DNA from: Gammaproteobacteria bacterium
GTDB taxonomy: Bacteria > Pseudomonadota > Gammaproteobacteria > CAKMZV01
Direction: 5' to 3'
Assembly: GCA_965277775.1 (NCBI GenBank)
Contig: OZ255843.1
Coordinates: 1,112,131-1,176,130, forward strand
DNA: 64,000 nucleotides
This document shows positions 9,788 through 20,055 of the stretch, one piece after another. The position numbers and the translations under genes are program-made. Every line of letters begins with the position of its first letter. Within the stretch, counting starts at the first letter, position 1. The notes beneath the pieces were generated by a model, which saw only the letters and a program-made list of their open reading frames with translations, was not told the origin of the DNA and made no database searches.

Positions 9788-10660
9788 TTAGCTGGCTCTC
9801 TGATTTTGACGATTCAACAGGACCACGCCTGAAAGAATTAAGCCACTGGCAAAAACATCTAAAAATTTGATGTCTTCTCCCACAAAAAGCCCACCAATGA
9901 TTAGGGCGACCACTGGTGGCGTATAAGTAGAAGATGAAGCAATGACTGCACCTAATTGATCAATTAAATAATAATAAAGTAAGTAAGCAACGCCTGTGCC
10001 CAGAATGCCCAAGCCAATAACCATCCCCCAAGCGGTGTGGGTATCGATAAAAATATTTTCAATATGATCAAAATTGGTAAATAAAGCCAAGCCAATCAGA
10101 GCAAAGGCCAGCTGATAACTGACCAATGCAATGGGTGGAATGTGGAGTGGCACGATGTACTTTTTAGCATAGATGAATGAAGCCCCTACACTGCCCGCCC
10201 CCATAACCATGTACAGCACCCCTTCAATATTCGCTGAGTCTGTGTTGGCCTTGAATGGATTGACCAATAAAATCACCCCCACTAATCCCACAATAATGCC
10301 CGATAAACGCCAAAAATTGGGCTTTTCTTCGCGTAGAAAAATCAAAGCCATAATAAACGAAAACAAAGGGATGGTGCCGCTAATCGCACCGGCAATACCC
10401 GAATACAGCAGGGATGAACCCTGTACAAAACCATAGTAATAGATAACCGTTGCCAGCAATGACATCACAAAAAAATGATGTGTGTGAGCCAAATGCTCAA
10501 AGCGCAGGGCTTTGCGATACAAGGCGTAAATGACAATGGGTATAAAGCCGAACAGCACTCTCAAAAAAACGACCTGCAAAGGTGTTACCCATTCGGACGA
10601 CCATTTCATATAAATGAAATTGCTGCCCCAAACCACGCTTAAAAAGATAAACGCGAGCAA
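9788..10660 (-). CDS. EamA/DMT-superfamily transporter
   Basis: 290 aa polytopic membrane protein with duplicated EamA-like halves. Only a 1-nt gap separates it from the LysE gene. Confidence 0.7.
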   Translation of the reverse strand: MLAFIFLSVVWGSNFIYMKWSSEWVTPLQVVFLRVLFGFIPIVIYALYRKALRFEHLAHTHHFFVMSLLATVIYYYGFVQGSSLLYSGIAGAISGTIPLFSFIMALIFLREEKPNFWRLSGIIVGLVGVILLVNPFKANTDSANIEGVLYMVMGAGSVGASFIYAKKYIVPLHIPPIALVSYQLAFALIGLALFTNFDHIENIFIDTHTAWGMVIGLGILGTGVAYLLYYYLIDQLGAVIASSSTYTPPVVALIIGGLFVGEDIKFLDVFASGLILSGVVLLNRQNQRAS

Positions 10661-10779
10661 AGGTAGTGGTTTTAAAATGTCAACGCCTGCAGGATTGTCG
10701 GTTATGAGGCTGCGCCCTTAGCACACAGAACAAACAATCTGTGCCGCGAGCACGTCACAACGCACGATTTGTGCGCGAC

Positions 10780-11472
10780 CTATTCAATGCTGAGTAGCTC
10801 AATTTGAAACAATAAGACTTGGTTCGGTCCAATGGCGGGTGGGGCATTTTCACCATAAGCCAATTCACCTGGGATGGCTACTTCAAATTTTGATCCAACG
10901 GGCATGAGCTGTAGCACTTCTGTCCAACCTTTGATCACTCCTGTCAGCTGAAATGTTGCGGGATTTTGACGTTTGTACGAAGAGTCGATTTCTTTACCAT
11001 TGATCAATGTGCCTTCGTAATGTACTTTTACCGTGTCAGTCAATTTGGGTTTTGGCCCATCACCCATAACAATTGCTTTATATTGCAGGCCACTTGCTGT
11101 GACTTTGACACCTTCTTTCGTTTTATTTTTGGCCAGATACGCTTCACCCTTTGCTTGATTTTCTTCGCCCTGTTCAGAGATTTGTGTGGTCTGTTTGGCT
11201 CTCAATTCTTGCGATAGCTCATTGATGACCTGTGTCAATTCTGCTTCCGTGAGTTTCTTTTTACCCCCAGTCAGGACGTCCTTAACGCCGACTAGAAATG
11301 ACTCTGGCTCAATTTCAATGCCTTGACGTTTAAGGTTTTCACCAAAATTGATACCGATGGCATAGCTTTGTCTCTGTTCTTTATTGGTAAGATCAAGTTC
11401 TGCTGCGCTTGCAGATACAGCCAATGAACAAATAAAAAGCGCGCAAATTGAAATTAGAGGTCGTTTATTCAT
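10780..11472 (-). CDS. Periplasmic FKBP-type peptidyl-prolyl isomerase (FkpA/Mip-like)
   Basis: Signal peptide, long helical N-domain, and C-terminal FKBP core VKVHYEGTLINGKEIDSSY...GVIKGWTE...IPGELAYG. Confidence 0.85.
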   Translation of the reverse strand: MNKRPLISICALFICSLAVSASAAELDLTNKEQRQSYAIGINFGENLKRQGIEIEPESFLVGVKDVLTGGKKKLTEAELTQVINELSQELRAKQTTQISEQGEENQAKGEAYLAKNKTKEGVKVTASGLQYKAIVMGDGPKPKLTDTVKVHYEGTLINGKEIDSSYKRQNPATFQLTGVIKGWTEVLQLMPVGSKFEVAIPGELAYGENAPPAIGPNQVLLFQIELLSIE

Positions 11473-11611
11473 GAATTCTCCTGATTGTTCTGTTGAGTTT
11501 ATGTAGGACTGTATTTTATGCGAGAACGGCAGCTGTGCAATAAAAATTTGAGTTTAAAGCGATAAAATACAAATCCCTCGACTTGCATCAAATCAGTGAT
11601 TTGGCCAATGA

Positions 11612-11998
11612 TTATCCGAAGATCCAACCATGAATCATTCTACCGGGCGCTAAGGTGAATAATCCAGCAATAAGGATGCCTCCGATATAGAGTGCGGTCA
11701 TGTTGATTTTGTGCGCTTGAATGTTGTTGTTTTTTACGGCAATATAAGCTTTTGGCACACTGAATAAAACCATAAAACTAAAGCCATGAATGGGGCCAAA
11801 ATGATTGAATAAAAACGGACTAATTTCTGCGGGCATGGCTAATGTAATAAAAGCCGTCACCAGCATCAACAGCATATAGCTTATGCCGAGCGAACGATGA
11901 ACGGGCGTCCCCTTTGGCCGAAGCAACAGATAGCCACCGATGAATAAGCACGGTACAATTGTGAGCAAATGTAGATAAGTCAGTTGTTCAATCGTCAT
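11612..11998 (-). CDS. Small 4-TM membrane protein of unknown function (possibly DUF2306-like)
   Basis: 128-aa hydrophobic ORF. I recognise no catalytic motif. Confidence 0.45.
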   Translation of the reverse strand: MTIEQLTYLHLLTIVPCLFIGGYLLLRPKGTPVHRSLGISYMLLMLVTAFITLAMPAEISPFLFNHFGPIHGFSFMVLFSVPKAYIAVKNNNIQAHKINMTALYIGGILIAGLFTLAPGRMIHGWIFG

Positions 11999-12321
11999 GA
12001 CGCTTATTCTAATAGATCGCCGTATAAACTGATTTTTTTATTCAATAACAGCATTAGAAAATGAAATGTCCTTCGTTGGTTATCGGTTGAACATGACTGC
12101 TTGAATGGCAACCAATGAAACGTATTCGGTTGTATGGCGATCTGTTATTCAGTGCACCATAGTGAATGGTTTTTAATTCATTAAGATGCGCTAAGTCTAG
12201 TACAATGTGACAGATGTTCAGAGCAAAAGGGCACAAGTTGAGTTGCTTTTATGGGCATAATGTCAGTTAATCAAATTCACGCCTATAACTTGTTAATAGT
12301 CACTCGCCATACAAATTTGAA

Positions 12322-14736
12322 ATGTCTAAACTTCACCCAAAAATAAACAAAGTTGCTGTACTCGGCAGCGGCACCATGGGCAGTCAGATCGCCGCGCACT
12401 GTGCCAATATGAATATTCCAGTCGTGCTCTTTGAACTGGACCATAAAACCTTAACAACCAACCTGAACGCGCTTGAAAAACTCAAGCCGCCGCCGTTAGC
12501 ATTAAAAGCAGTTATGCAAAAGATTGAGCGTGCAACCTATGAAAGCGACAGTGCTCAGTTGGTCGATTGTGATTTAATCATTGAGGCCATTGTTGAAAAC
12601 ATTGATCTGAAGAAACAGCTTTTTGAGTCCATACAACCGCATATTGCTGAGTCAGCCATTATTGCCACCAATACCTCAGGCTTATCCATTAATGAAATCG
12701 CCAGCGTCTTACCCAAAGCGATGCAACCCGTCTTTTGTGGCATCCATTTTTTCAATCCCCCCAGATTCATGGCGCTGGTGGAGCTGATTCCAGCTCAGTC
12801 AACACATCCAGACGTCTTACAACATTTGGAAGGCTTTATCACCACCTGTTTAGGCAAAGAGGTGGTTTATGCCAAAGATACCGCCGGTTTCGTCGGAAAC
12901 CGCATTGGAGTCATTTCGTTGCTCACAACGCTTCACCACGCCGACCGATTAGAAATTTCACCCGATACCGTTGATGCCTTGACAGGCAAATTGACGGGCA
13001 AATCCAGTAGTGGCACTTATAGAACCGCAGATGTTGTGGGTTTGGATATATTAAAAAACGTTGTTGATAATGTGGCAGAACACGAAGAGGATCAGGCTTG
13101 GTGTCCCATCATTCGATTGCCAGACTGGATAGAAAAACTCATTGCTGATGGCCATCTCGGACAGAAAACCAAACACGGCATTTATCAAAAAAAAGGGCAA
13201 GAGATATTCGTCTTTGATCCAAAATCACAAACGGACCGTGCCCAGAACAAAACCATCGATAAAGCCCTTCAAAGCGCACTAAAAAAACAATCATTAGCAA
13301 AAGTACTGCCCTCAATGGCCGCCAGCAATGATCCGCAGATGCAATTGCTGTGGTCTATCCACCGCGACACAATGCATTATGCAGCGTGCCACTTAATGCA
13401 CATTGCCGAGTCAGTTAGCGACGTTGATCGAGCTTTGTGTGCTGGCTTTGGCTGGAAACAAGGCATTTTTGAACTGTGGCAGGCGGCTGGCTTTGAAATA
13501 ATTCGTGATTTGATCAATGCCGACATTGCCTCAGGCAAAACAGTCGCTGCCACGCCTTTGCCTGAATGGATCAATGCGATTGACCAATTCTATAAAGATG
13601 GCCAAGGATATGCACCAAAGACCAAACAATTTCTTAACTGGCAAACGCATGCCGTTTATGAGCGCCAGATCCAACAACACGATTTTGAAGTCCTGTTTGA
13701 AACCAAAGACGTGTGCCTACAAGTCTTACAAGACGGCATTGCAGCCATTCATTTCAAGACTAAATTATCGAGCATCGGTTATGGGGTTTTGCTTGGCATC
13801 AATGACTGTTTAGATTTGTTGGAGCAATCAAATTACAAAGCTTTGATATTTTGGTCTAAGCACCCCAATGCATTTTGTGCAGGCGCCAATTTGTATGAGG
13901 TCTTGGTTGGCTGTAAATTGGGTCGTTTTTATGATGACGGCGGCCTGCTGTCAGCGGCCAAACAAAAGGTTTTTGAAGTCAGTTCAAGCCATTTGCCTGA
14001 CATTGAATACGAAGGTGCCATTGTCGATGTTGTTGCCCTCGGTCAGCAAACCCTATTGCGCTTGAGACACGGCCCGCTGTACACCATTGCGGCCGTCAAT
14101 GGTCTGGCATTGGGCGGTGGTTGCGAATTGATCCTACATTGCGATGCAACCGTTACCACGCAAAACGCCTACATTGGTCTGGTTGAAGTTGGGGTGGGCA
14201 TCCTCCCCGCTTTTGGTGGCACTAAGGAGATGATGAGGCGCGCCAATAAAAACGTTATCACCGGCGATGTGTTCCCGCTTGCGGCTAAGTATTTTGAACA
14301 AATTGCCATGGCAAAAGTTTCAAGCAGTGCGGCTGAAGCCATAGAGATGGGCTACCTCGACCCAGCAACCACCATTATTGCGCATCAACAGGAGCTGCTT
14401 TTCGTTGCCCTGAAAAAAGCCGCCTACCACATCGACAGTGCAACCTACCCTGCAACCAAACTTGAACCCATCATGCCCATCGGGCAAACGGGCAAAGCCA
14501 ATATATTGGGGCAATTGACCAATCTAGTTGAAGGCGCCTTCATTTCTGAACACGATCACTTAATCGCCCAATACATTGCTGAAATTTTTAGTGGTGAAGT
14601 GGACGACGGCATCCCAGTCAGTGAGCAATGGCTGTTAAATTTGGAGCGAAAATATTTTATGACATTGTTAGAAACGACCAAAACACAAGACCGCATAGAA
14701 CATATGCTGAAAAAAGGCAAACCTTTAAGAAATTAA
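12322..14736 (+). CDS. fadN: Bifunctional 3-hydroxyacyl-CoA dehydrogenase / enoyl-CoA hydratase with FadN-type domain order (dehydrogenase N-terminal, crotonase C-terminal)
   Basis: N-terminal Rossmann motif VAVLGSGTMGSQIA. HADH core FFNPPRFM. C-terminal crotonase-like AVNGLALGGGCEL. 804 aa. Confidence 0.8.
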   Translation: MSKLHPKINKVAVLGSGTMGSQIAAHCANMNIPVVLFELDHKTLTTNLNALEKLKPPPLALKAVMQKIERATYESDSAQLVDCDLIIEAIVENIDLKKQLFESIQPHIAESAIIATNTSGLSINEIASVLPKAMQPVFCGIHFFNPPRFMALVELIPAQSTHPDVLQHLEGFITTCLGKEVVYAKDTAGFVGNRIGVISLLTTLHHADRLEISPDTVDALTGKLTGKSSSGTYRTADVVGLDILKNVVDNVAEHEEDQAWCPIIRLPDWIEKLIADGHLGQKTKHGIYQKKGQEIFVFDPKSQTDRAQNKTIDKALQSALKKQSLAKVLPSMAASNDPQMQLLWSIHRDTMHYAACHLMHIAESVSDVDRALCAGFGWKQGIFELWQAAGFEIIRDLINADIASGKTVAATPLPEWINAIDQFYKDGQGYAPKTKQFLNWQTHAVYERQIQQHDFEVLFETKDVCLQVLQDGIAAIHFKTKLSSIGYGVLLGINDCLDLLEQSNYKALIFWSKHPNAFCAGANLYEVLVGCKLGRFYDDGGLLSAAKQKVFEVSSSHLPDIEYEGAIVDVVALGQQTLLRLRHGPLYTIAAVNGLALGGGCELILHCDATVTTQNAYIGLVEVGVGILPAFGGTKEMMRRANKNVITGDVFPLAAKYFEQIAMAKVSSSAAEAIEMGYLDPATTIIAHQQELLFVALKKAAYHIDSATYPATKLEPIMPIGQTGKANILGQLTNLVEGAFISEHDHLIAQYIAEIFSGEVDDGIPVSEQWLLNLERKYFMTLLETTKTQDRIEHMLKKGKPLRN

Positions 14737-14742
14737 ACGCCC

Positions 14743-15927
14743 ATGATCCAAGCTTATATTATCGATGCCATTAGAACCCCCGTTGGCAAAAGGAATGGGG
14801 GATTAAAGCACGTCCGCCCAGATGATTTGTTGGCACACTGCCTCAGCGCACTCATCAAGCGTAATCCAACGATTGACCCAAATGCCATTGATGATGTCAT
14901 TATTGGCTGTGCCATGCCCGAAGGCCCACAAGGGCTGAATGTTGCGCGCATTGCCACATTACTGGCGCACTTGCCTGAGCGCACCCCTGCTTATACCATC
15001 AATCGCTTCTGTTGTTCGGGCGTTCAAGCCGTGGCCAATGCCGCCATGATGATTCGATCCAATCAAGCCGACATTGTGATTGCAGGTGGCGTGGAAAGCA
15101 TGTCACAAGTGCCCATGATGGGCAATAAACCCGCGCTGAATCCAAAAATATTTAGCGATGAAAACGTTGGCATTGCATACGGCATGGGCCTGACCGCTGA
15201 AAAAGTGGCACAACAGTACCATGTCACCAAAGACGCACAAAATCAATTCGCCTTTGACAGCCACCAAAAAGCCTTGAAAGCCCAAGAACAGGGACTGTTT
15301 GACCAGGAGATCATTGCGATTGAATCCACAGTACAACAATTTGACAACGACAGCGTCACCCCCCAATCAACCCTCATAAGGGCTGACGAGGGCCCTCGGG
15401 CCGACACCACACTCGACATACTCAATGCCTTAAAACCTGTGTTTGCTTCCGCTGGCAGCGTAACAGCCGGCAATAGCTCGCAAATGTCCGATGGTTCAGC
15501 CTGCGTCTTGGTCGTCAGTGAGAAAATCGTCAACCAATTACAGCTCGACCCCATTGCACGATTTGTCCAGTATTCAGTTGTTGGCGTTGATCCCAAAATC
15601 ATGGGCATTGGCCCCATTGAAGCGATCCCACATGCGCTTAAAGGCGCTCAAATCAGCCAAGATGATTTGGGCTGGATAGAACTCAACGAAGCCTTTGCTG
15701 CGCAATCCTTAGCGGTCATGAACACGCTCGGTTTAGACCCTCAGGTGGTTAATCCGCTTGGTGGCGCCATTGCGCTGGGACACCCGCTCGGCGCAACGGG
15801 CGCCATCCGCACCGCGACCCTCATGTCTGCTTTTAAACGCGACGCTATTAAATATGGCATGATCACCATGTGTATTGGCACAGGTATGGGTGCAGCAGGC
15901 ATTTTCGAAAACCTTAAGACGCCCTGA
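14743..15927 (+). CDS. fadA: Acetyl-CoA C-acyltransferase (3-ketoacyl-CoA thiolase)
   Basis: Thiolase signatures: NRFCCSGVQAV (active Cys), NEAFAAQ, and GGAIALGHPLGATG near the C-terminus. Confidence 0.9.
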   Translation: MIQAYIIDAIRTPVGKRNGGLKHVRPDDLLAHCLSALIKRNPTIDPNAIDDVIIGCAMPEGPQGLNVARIATLLAHLPERTPAYTINRFCCSGVQAVANAAMMIRSNQADIVIAGGVESMSQVPMMGNKPALNPKIFSDENVGIAYGMGLTAEKVAQQYHVTKDAQNQFAFDSHQKALKAQEQGLFDQEIIAIESTVQQFDNDSVTPQSTLIRADEGPRADTTLDILNALKPVFASAGSVTAGNSSQMSDGSACVLVVSEKIVNQLQLDPIARFVQYSVVGVDPKIMGIGPIEAIPHALKGAQISQDDLGWIELNEAFAAQSLAVMNTLGLDPQVVNPLGGAIALGHPLGATGAIRTATLMSAFKRDAIKYGMITMCIGTGMGAAGIFENLKTP

Positions 15928-15945
15928 AACCAAGCCATTGCTAAG

Positions 15946-16869
15946 ATGACCACAGCGACAAAACGGCTCCAATCACTGCGCTTACCAGTCATCCAAGCGC
16001 CGATGTTTTTAATTTCTGGGCCACCTCTGCTGTTGGCCGCCGCTCAATCGGGCATCATAGGTACCTTCCCCTCACAAAATGCCAGAACACCACAAATATT
16101 AGATGATTGGATCACCACCATCAAACAAAGCCTCTCCGAAACTGCGTTAAAAGATCACTGGGGAATTAACGTCATCACCCATCGCTCCTTTCCTCGGCAC
16201 CTTGAAGATTTAGAAATCATCTTAAAGCATCAAGTCCCCTTAGTCATTACAGCCTTAGGCAGCCCTAAGGACATCATTCATAAAATTCACGATTATGGCG
16301 GCAAAGTTTTCAGCGATGTCATCAGCATCGAGCACGCCAAAAAAGCCGTGGCTGCTGGAGTCGATGGTTTGATTTTGATTTGCGCGGGCGCGGGCGGTCA
16401 TACAGGGACCTTGTCGCCTTTTGTGTTTGTCAATGAGGTGCGCCAGTTTTTTGATGGCATCATCGTCGTTGGCGGTGGTATCACCAATGCAGCTTCGATA
16501 CGATCTGTGATTGCACTTGGCGCCGATTTAGCCTATATGGGTACGCGCTTTATTGCCACTGAAGAAAGCTGGGCAGCCCCCGAATTTAAAAAAATGATCA
16601 TCGACTCCAATTGCTCAGACATTGTCCTTTCAAATAAAATCACTGGTGTACCAGCCAACTGGCTCAAATCTTCATTAGAACAAGCAATGGACAATCGAGT
16701 AGAAGACCGTTCCAATCAGACCTTAGACCTCAGTTCTTTAGACTCGGGTAAATTGGCAAAACGCTGGAAAGAAATTTATTCAGCGGGGCAAGGGGTCGGG
16801 CAAATCGACGATTGCCCAACTGTGGCAGAACTCATTCGCCAGATCCATAAGGACTACCACAAACTTTAA
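15946..16869 (+). CDS. Nitronate monooxygenase (NMO/2-nitropropane dioxygenase/FabK-like) family FMN enzyme
   Basis: PVIQAPM start motif and AGAGGHTG motif typical of the NMO family. Embedded in the fad operon. Confidence 0.7.
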   Translation: MTTATKRLQSLRLPVIQAPMFLISGPPLLLAAAQSGIIGTFPSQNARTPQILDDWITTIKQSLSETALKDHWGINVITHRSFPRHLEDLEIILKHQVPLVITALGSPKDIIHKIHDYGGKVFSDVISIEHAKKAVAAGVDGLILICAGAGGHTGTLSPFVFVNEVRQFFDGIIVVGGGITNAASIRSVIALGADLAYMGTRFIATEESWAAPEFKKMIIDSNCSDIVLSNKITGVPANWLKSSLEQAMDNRVEDRSNQTLDLSSLDSGKLAKRWKEIYSAGQGVGQIDDCPTVAELIRQIHKDYHKL

Positions 16870-16892
16870 TTTTCAAAACACGAGGTATTGCT

Positions 16893-18569
16893 ATGTCTTC
16901 CTATGACGATAAAATTTGGTTAAAACAATATCCTGAGGATGTTCCACGTGAAATAGATGAAAATGCCCATCCGCATTTATGCGCTTTTTACGACGAATCC
17001 AACCAAACATTCGCCAACCGCATTGCTTTTAAAAATTTGGGCGTGTCTTTAACGTACAAAGCTTCTCAAGCGCATGCGCAATCGATCACAGCCTGGTTGC
17101 AACAGCACTTTAAGGAACAAGATCGCATTGCCATCATGTCACCCAACTGCCTGCAATACCCCATTTTGATCCAAGCCATCCACCAAGCAGGCATGATTGT
17201 GGTCAATATCAACCCATTACTCACGCCCAGAGAGCTGGAACACATTCTTGAAGACAGCGGGGCAAGCGCCTTGTTCGTGTGGGATGGTGCCGCGCATACC
17301 ATCGATGAATTAGAAAATATTCATGCGCTACAACACGTCATCCCCCTATCTATTGCCGATGTCTTTCCGACCTTCAAACGCGTGGTTGTTCAATTTGTGT
17401 TGAAATACGTCAAACGATTGATCAAGCCCTACCATTTAACAAAAGTCGAACATACGCCTTTGAGTACCCTTCTGGCACAAGATGGTTCAGGCAAGGTCAA
17501 AAAAACCAACATTAATGCCGAAGACATCGCCTTTTTGCAATATACCGGCGGCACCACTGGACGTTCTAAGGGCGTGATACTGACGCACAAAAATTTAGTG
17601 GCCAATGTGCAACAAGCAACGAGCTATTTACCCAAAGAGCTCCGTACAGACGAGACTAAAAATGTCATTACGGCGTTGCCGCTGTATCATATCTTCTCAC
17701 TCACAGCCAATTTCTATGTCATGTTTGGCTTAGGCAAAGAAAATATTCTGATCACCAACCCCAGAGACTTGCCAACCTTCATAAAAACGCTGATCGAAAA
17801 CCCACCCCACGCCATTACCGGTGTTAATACTTTATTCCACGCATTGGCGAACCATCCAGACATTCAAAAAGTTGATTTTTCACATTTGAAGCTCAGCTTG
17901 GGGGGTGGCATGGCTGTACAAAAGTTCACCGCGCAGTTGTGGAAACAAATAACCGGTTGCTTCATTTTAGAGGCTTATGGACTCACTGAAACTTCGCCAG
18001 CAGCAACCATCAACCCGCACACAGTCAGCGATTATAACGGCAGCATTGGCCTGCCTATACCGAGCACCACCGTTTACATTGTCGATGACAATGATCAACC
18101 CGTCCCGCTTGGCGAAGAGGGTCAGTTGGCCATTGCAGGACCACAAGTTATGCGCGGTTATTGGAACAATGAAGAGGCGACAAAGCAGGCTTTAACAAAG
18201 ACCGGCTGGTTTAAAACAGGCGACATCGGCCGAATGGATGAAAAAGGGTTCATCTACTTATTAGAGCGCGCCACAGACATGGTGATTGTTTCAGGTTTTA
18301 ACGTCTATCCCACTGAAGTTGAGCAGGTCATCAACAGCATGGAACAAGTCGCTGAATGCGGTTGTGTTGGGGTCAAAGATGAAAAGAGTGGCGAAGTGGT
18401 CAAAGCCTTTGTCGTGATCGCCAAAGGCGCCACTTTAACCGAACAAGACATTTTGGATTATTGCGATGACAAACTGCTGCGCTATAAAATACCCAAACAC
18501 ATTGAATTCATCAAAGAATTGCCTAAAACCAATGTGGGTAAGGTGCTACGCCGAGCGCTTAAAGAATGA
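16893..18569 (+). CDS. fadD: Long-chain-fatty-acid--CoA ligase
   Basis: AMP-binding motif LQYTGGTTGRSKGV, TGD motif WFKTGDIG, and C-terminal PKTNVGKVLRR. Confidence 0.85.
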   Translation: MSSYDDKIWLKQYPEDVPREIDENAHPHLCAFYDESNQTFANRIAFKNLGVSLTYKASQAHAQSITAWLQQHFKEQDRIAIMSPNCLQYPILIQAIHQAGMIVVNINPLLTPRELEHILEDSGASALFVWDGAAHTIDELENIHALQHVIPLSIADVFPTFKRVVVQFVLKYVKRLIKPYHLTKVEHTPLSTLLAQDGSGKVKKTNINAEDIAFLQYTGGTTGRSKGVILTHKNLVANVQQATSYLPKELRTDETKNVITALPLYHIFSLTANFYVMFGLGKENILITNPRDLPTFIKTLIENPPHAITGVNTLFHALANHPDIQKVDFSHLKLSLGGGMAVQKFTAQLWKQITGCFILEAYGLTETSPAATINPHTVSDYNGSIGLPIPSTTVYIVDDNDQPVPLGEEGQLAIAGPQVMRGYWNNEEATKQALTKTGWFKTGDIGRMDEKGFIYLLERATDMVIVSGFNVYPTEVEQVINSMEQVAECGCVGVKDEKSGEVVKAFVVIAKGATLTEQDILDYCDDKLLRYKIPKHIEFIKELPKTNVGKVLRRALKE

Positions 18570-18610
18570 TTGCTTAGACCTCGCCTTATGATGATTGGCT
18601 CAATCATTAA

Positions 18611-18645
18611 AAAGGCCGCTCTTGTCGCAGCGGCCCTTCTTTGAA
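18611..18645. terminator. Bidirectional intrinsic terminator between convergent fadD and pntB
   Basis: Hairpin GGCCGCT-cttgtcgc-AGCGGCC (18614..18635). It is followed by cttcttt on + and TTTTTaat on the - strand. Confidence 0.6.
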
Positions 18646-18648
18646 ACC

Positions 18649-20040
18649 TTATTTTAGATGACGGAAAATCTCATCCAAACTGCTTTGGGCATCACCAAAT
18701 AGCATCCGCGTATTGTCTTTATAGAATAGGGGGTTTTCAACGCCCGCATAACCCGCTGCCATGCCTCTTTTGAGGACAACGACTGACTCGCTTTTCCACA
18801 CTTCCAACACAGGCATCCCTGCAATGGGACTGTCGGCATCGGTTTGCGCAGATGGGTTGACAATGTCATTTGCCCCAACAATGATGGTGATGTCAACGTC
18901 TGAAAAATCATCGTTCACTTCGTCCATTTCATACACTATATCGTAAGGCACCTTTGCTTCGGCTAATAGGACGTTCATATGTCCGGGCATCCGTCCCGCC
19001 ACGGGGTGAATGGCAAATCGCACATTGACTTTTTGACTTTGAAGCGCTTTGACAATTTCTGAAACAATGTGCTGAGCTTGCGCCACAGCCATGCCGTAGC
19101 CAGGGACTATCATCACATTTTTGGCGTGCTTCAACTGTTCTGCCAATTCAATGGCCGAGGTGGCTTCTATCTCGCCTTCTATTTCACTGCTCGAGCTACT
19201 ACTTGACGTGCTTAGACCGTAGCCACCGGATATGACCGCAATAAAATTGCGATTCATCGCCTTACACATTATATAACTCAAAATGGCACCACTACTACCA
19301 ACCAATGCGCCAGTCAATATGAGCAGATCATTGCTCAGCATGAAACCCATTGCCGTCGCTGCCCAGCCAGAATAACTGTTTAACATAGAAATCACCACAG
19401 GCATATCTGCGCCCCCAATGGCCGCTACCAAATGCACGCCGATGAACATGGCGAGTAAGGTCATAATCACTAAGTAAACAAATCCGCCGCCCGAATGGTT
19501 GGCACTGACAAAAGCAATGGTCAAAAAGACCAGCGCAACCAATATGCCAAGATTCAGCCAATGGCGCGCAGGCAATAATAATGGATTACCGCCAATCTTA
19601 CCACTGAGTTTGCCGTATGCGACGACCGACCCTGTAAAGGTCAAAGCGCCAATAATCACCCCAATGGCGGTTTCAGTTGCATTGATGGAGCGCTCAACCC
19701 CCACATAATCAAACACTGGATCATAAAAATTAGCAAAGCCAACGATCACCGCTGCCAGACCCACTAAGCTGTGTAAAAATGCCACCAATTCGGGCATTTG
19801 AGTCATTTGCACGCGACGTGACAGGATGAATCCCAATGTCCCACCAACGGCCAAACCGCCAACCAAAATCATGATATTTTCTTGCACGCTGGCAATGGTC
19901 GCCAAAATGGCAATGCCCATACCAACCATGCCCATTAAGTTGCCTCGACGAGCAGATTCTTGATTGCTTAAACCGCGCAAGGTGAGAATGAATAAAATAG
20001 CCGCAGCGAGATACGAAGCGGCAACCAAACTTGTTAACAT
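18649..20040 (-). CDS. pntB: NAD(P) transhydrogenase subunit beta
   Basis: 463 aa. N-terminal multi-TM domain and C-terminal NADP(H) domain ([30 protein letters not shown]). Confidence 0.9.
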   Translation of the reverse strand: MLTSLVAASYLAAAILFILTLRGLSNQESARRGNLMGMVGMGIAILATIASVQENIMILVGGLAVGGTLGFILSRRVQMTQMPELVAFLHSLVGLAAVIVGFANFYDPVFDYVGVERSINATETAIGVIIGALTFTGSVVAYGKLSGKIGGNPLLLPARHWLNLGILVALVFLTIAFVSANHSGGGFVYLVIMTLLAMFIGVHLVAAIGGADMPVVISMLNSYSGWAATAMGFMLSNDLLILTGALVGSSGAILSYIMCKAMNRNFIAVISGGYGLSTSSSSSSSEIEGEIEATSAIELAEQLKHAKNVMIVPGYGMAVAQAQHIVSEIVKALQSQKVNVRFAIHPVAGRMPGHMNVLLAEAKVPYDIVYEMDEVNDDFSDVDITIIVGANDIVNPSAQTDADSPIAGMPVLEVWKSESVVVLKRGMAAGYAGVENPLFYKDNTRMLFGDAQSSLDEIFRHLK

Positions 20041-20055
20041 AATATCTCCTTAAAA

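Noticed and set aside
12054-12236. 60-codon ORF in the gap between the small membrane protein gene and fadN
   Set aside because: It has no RBS, an odd composition and a position in a divergent promoter region. It is more likely non-coding.
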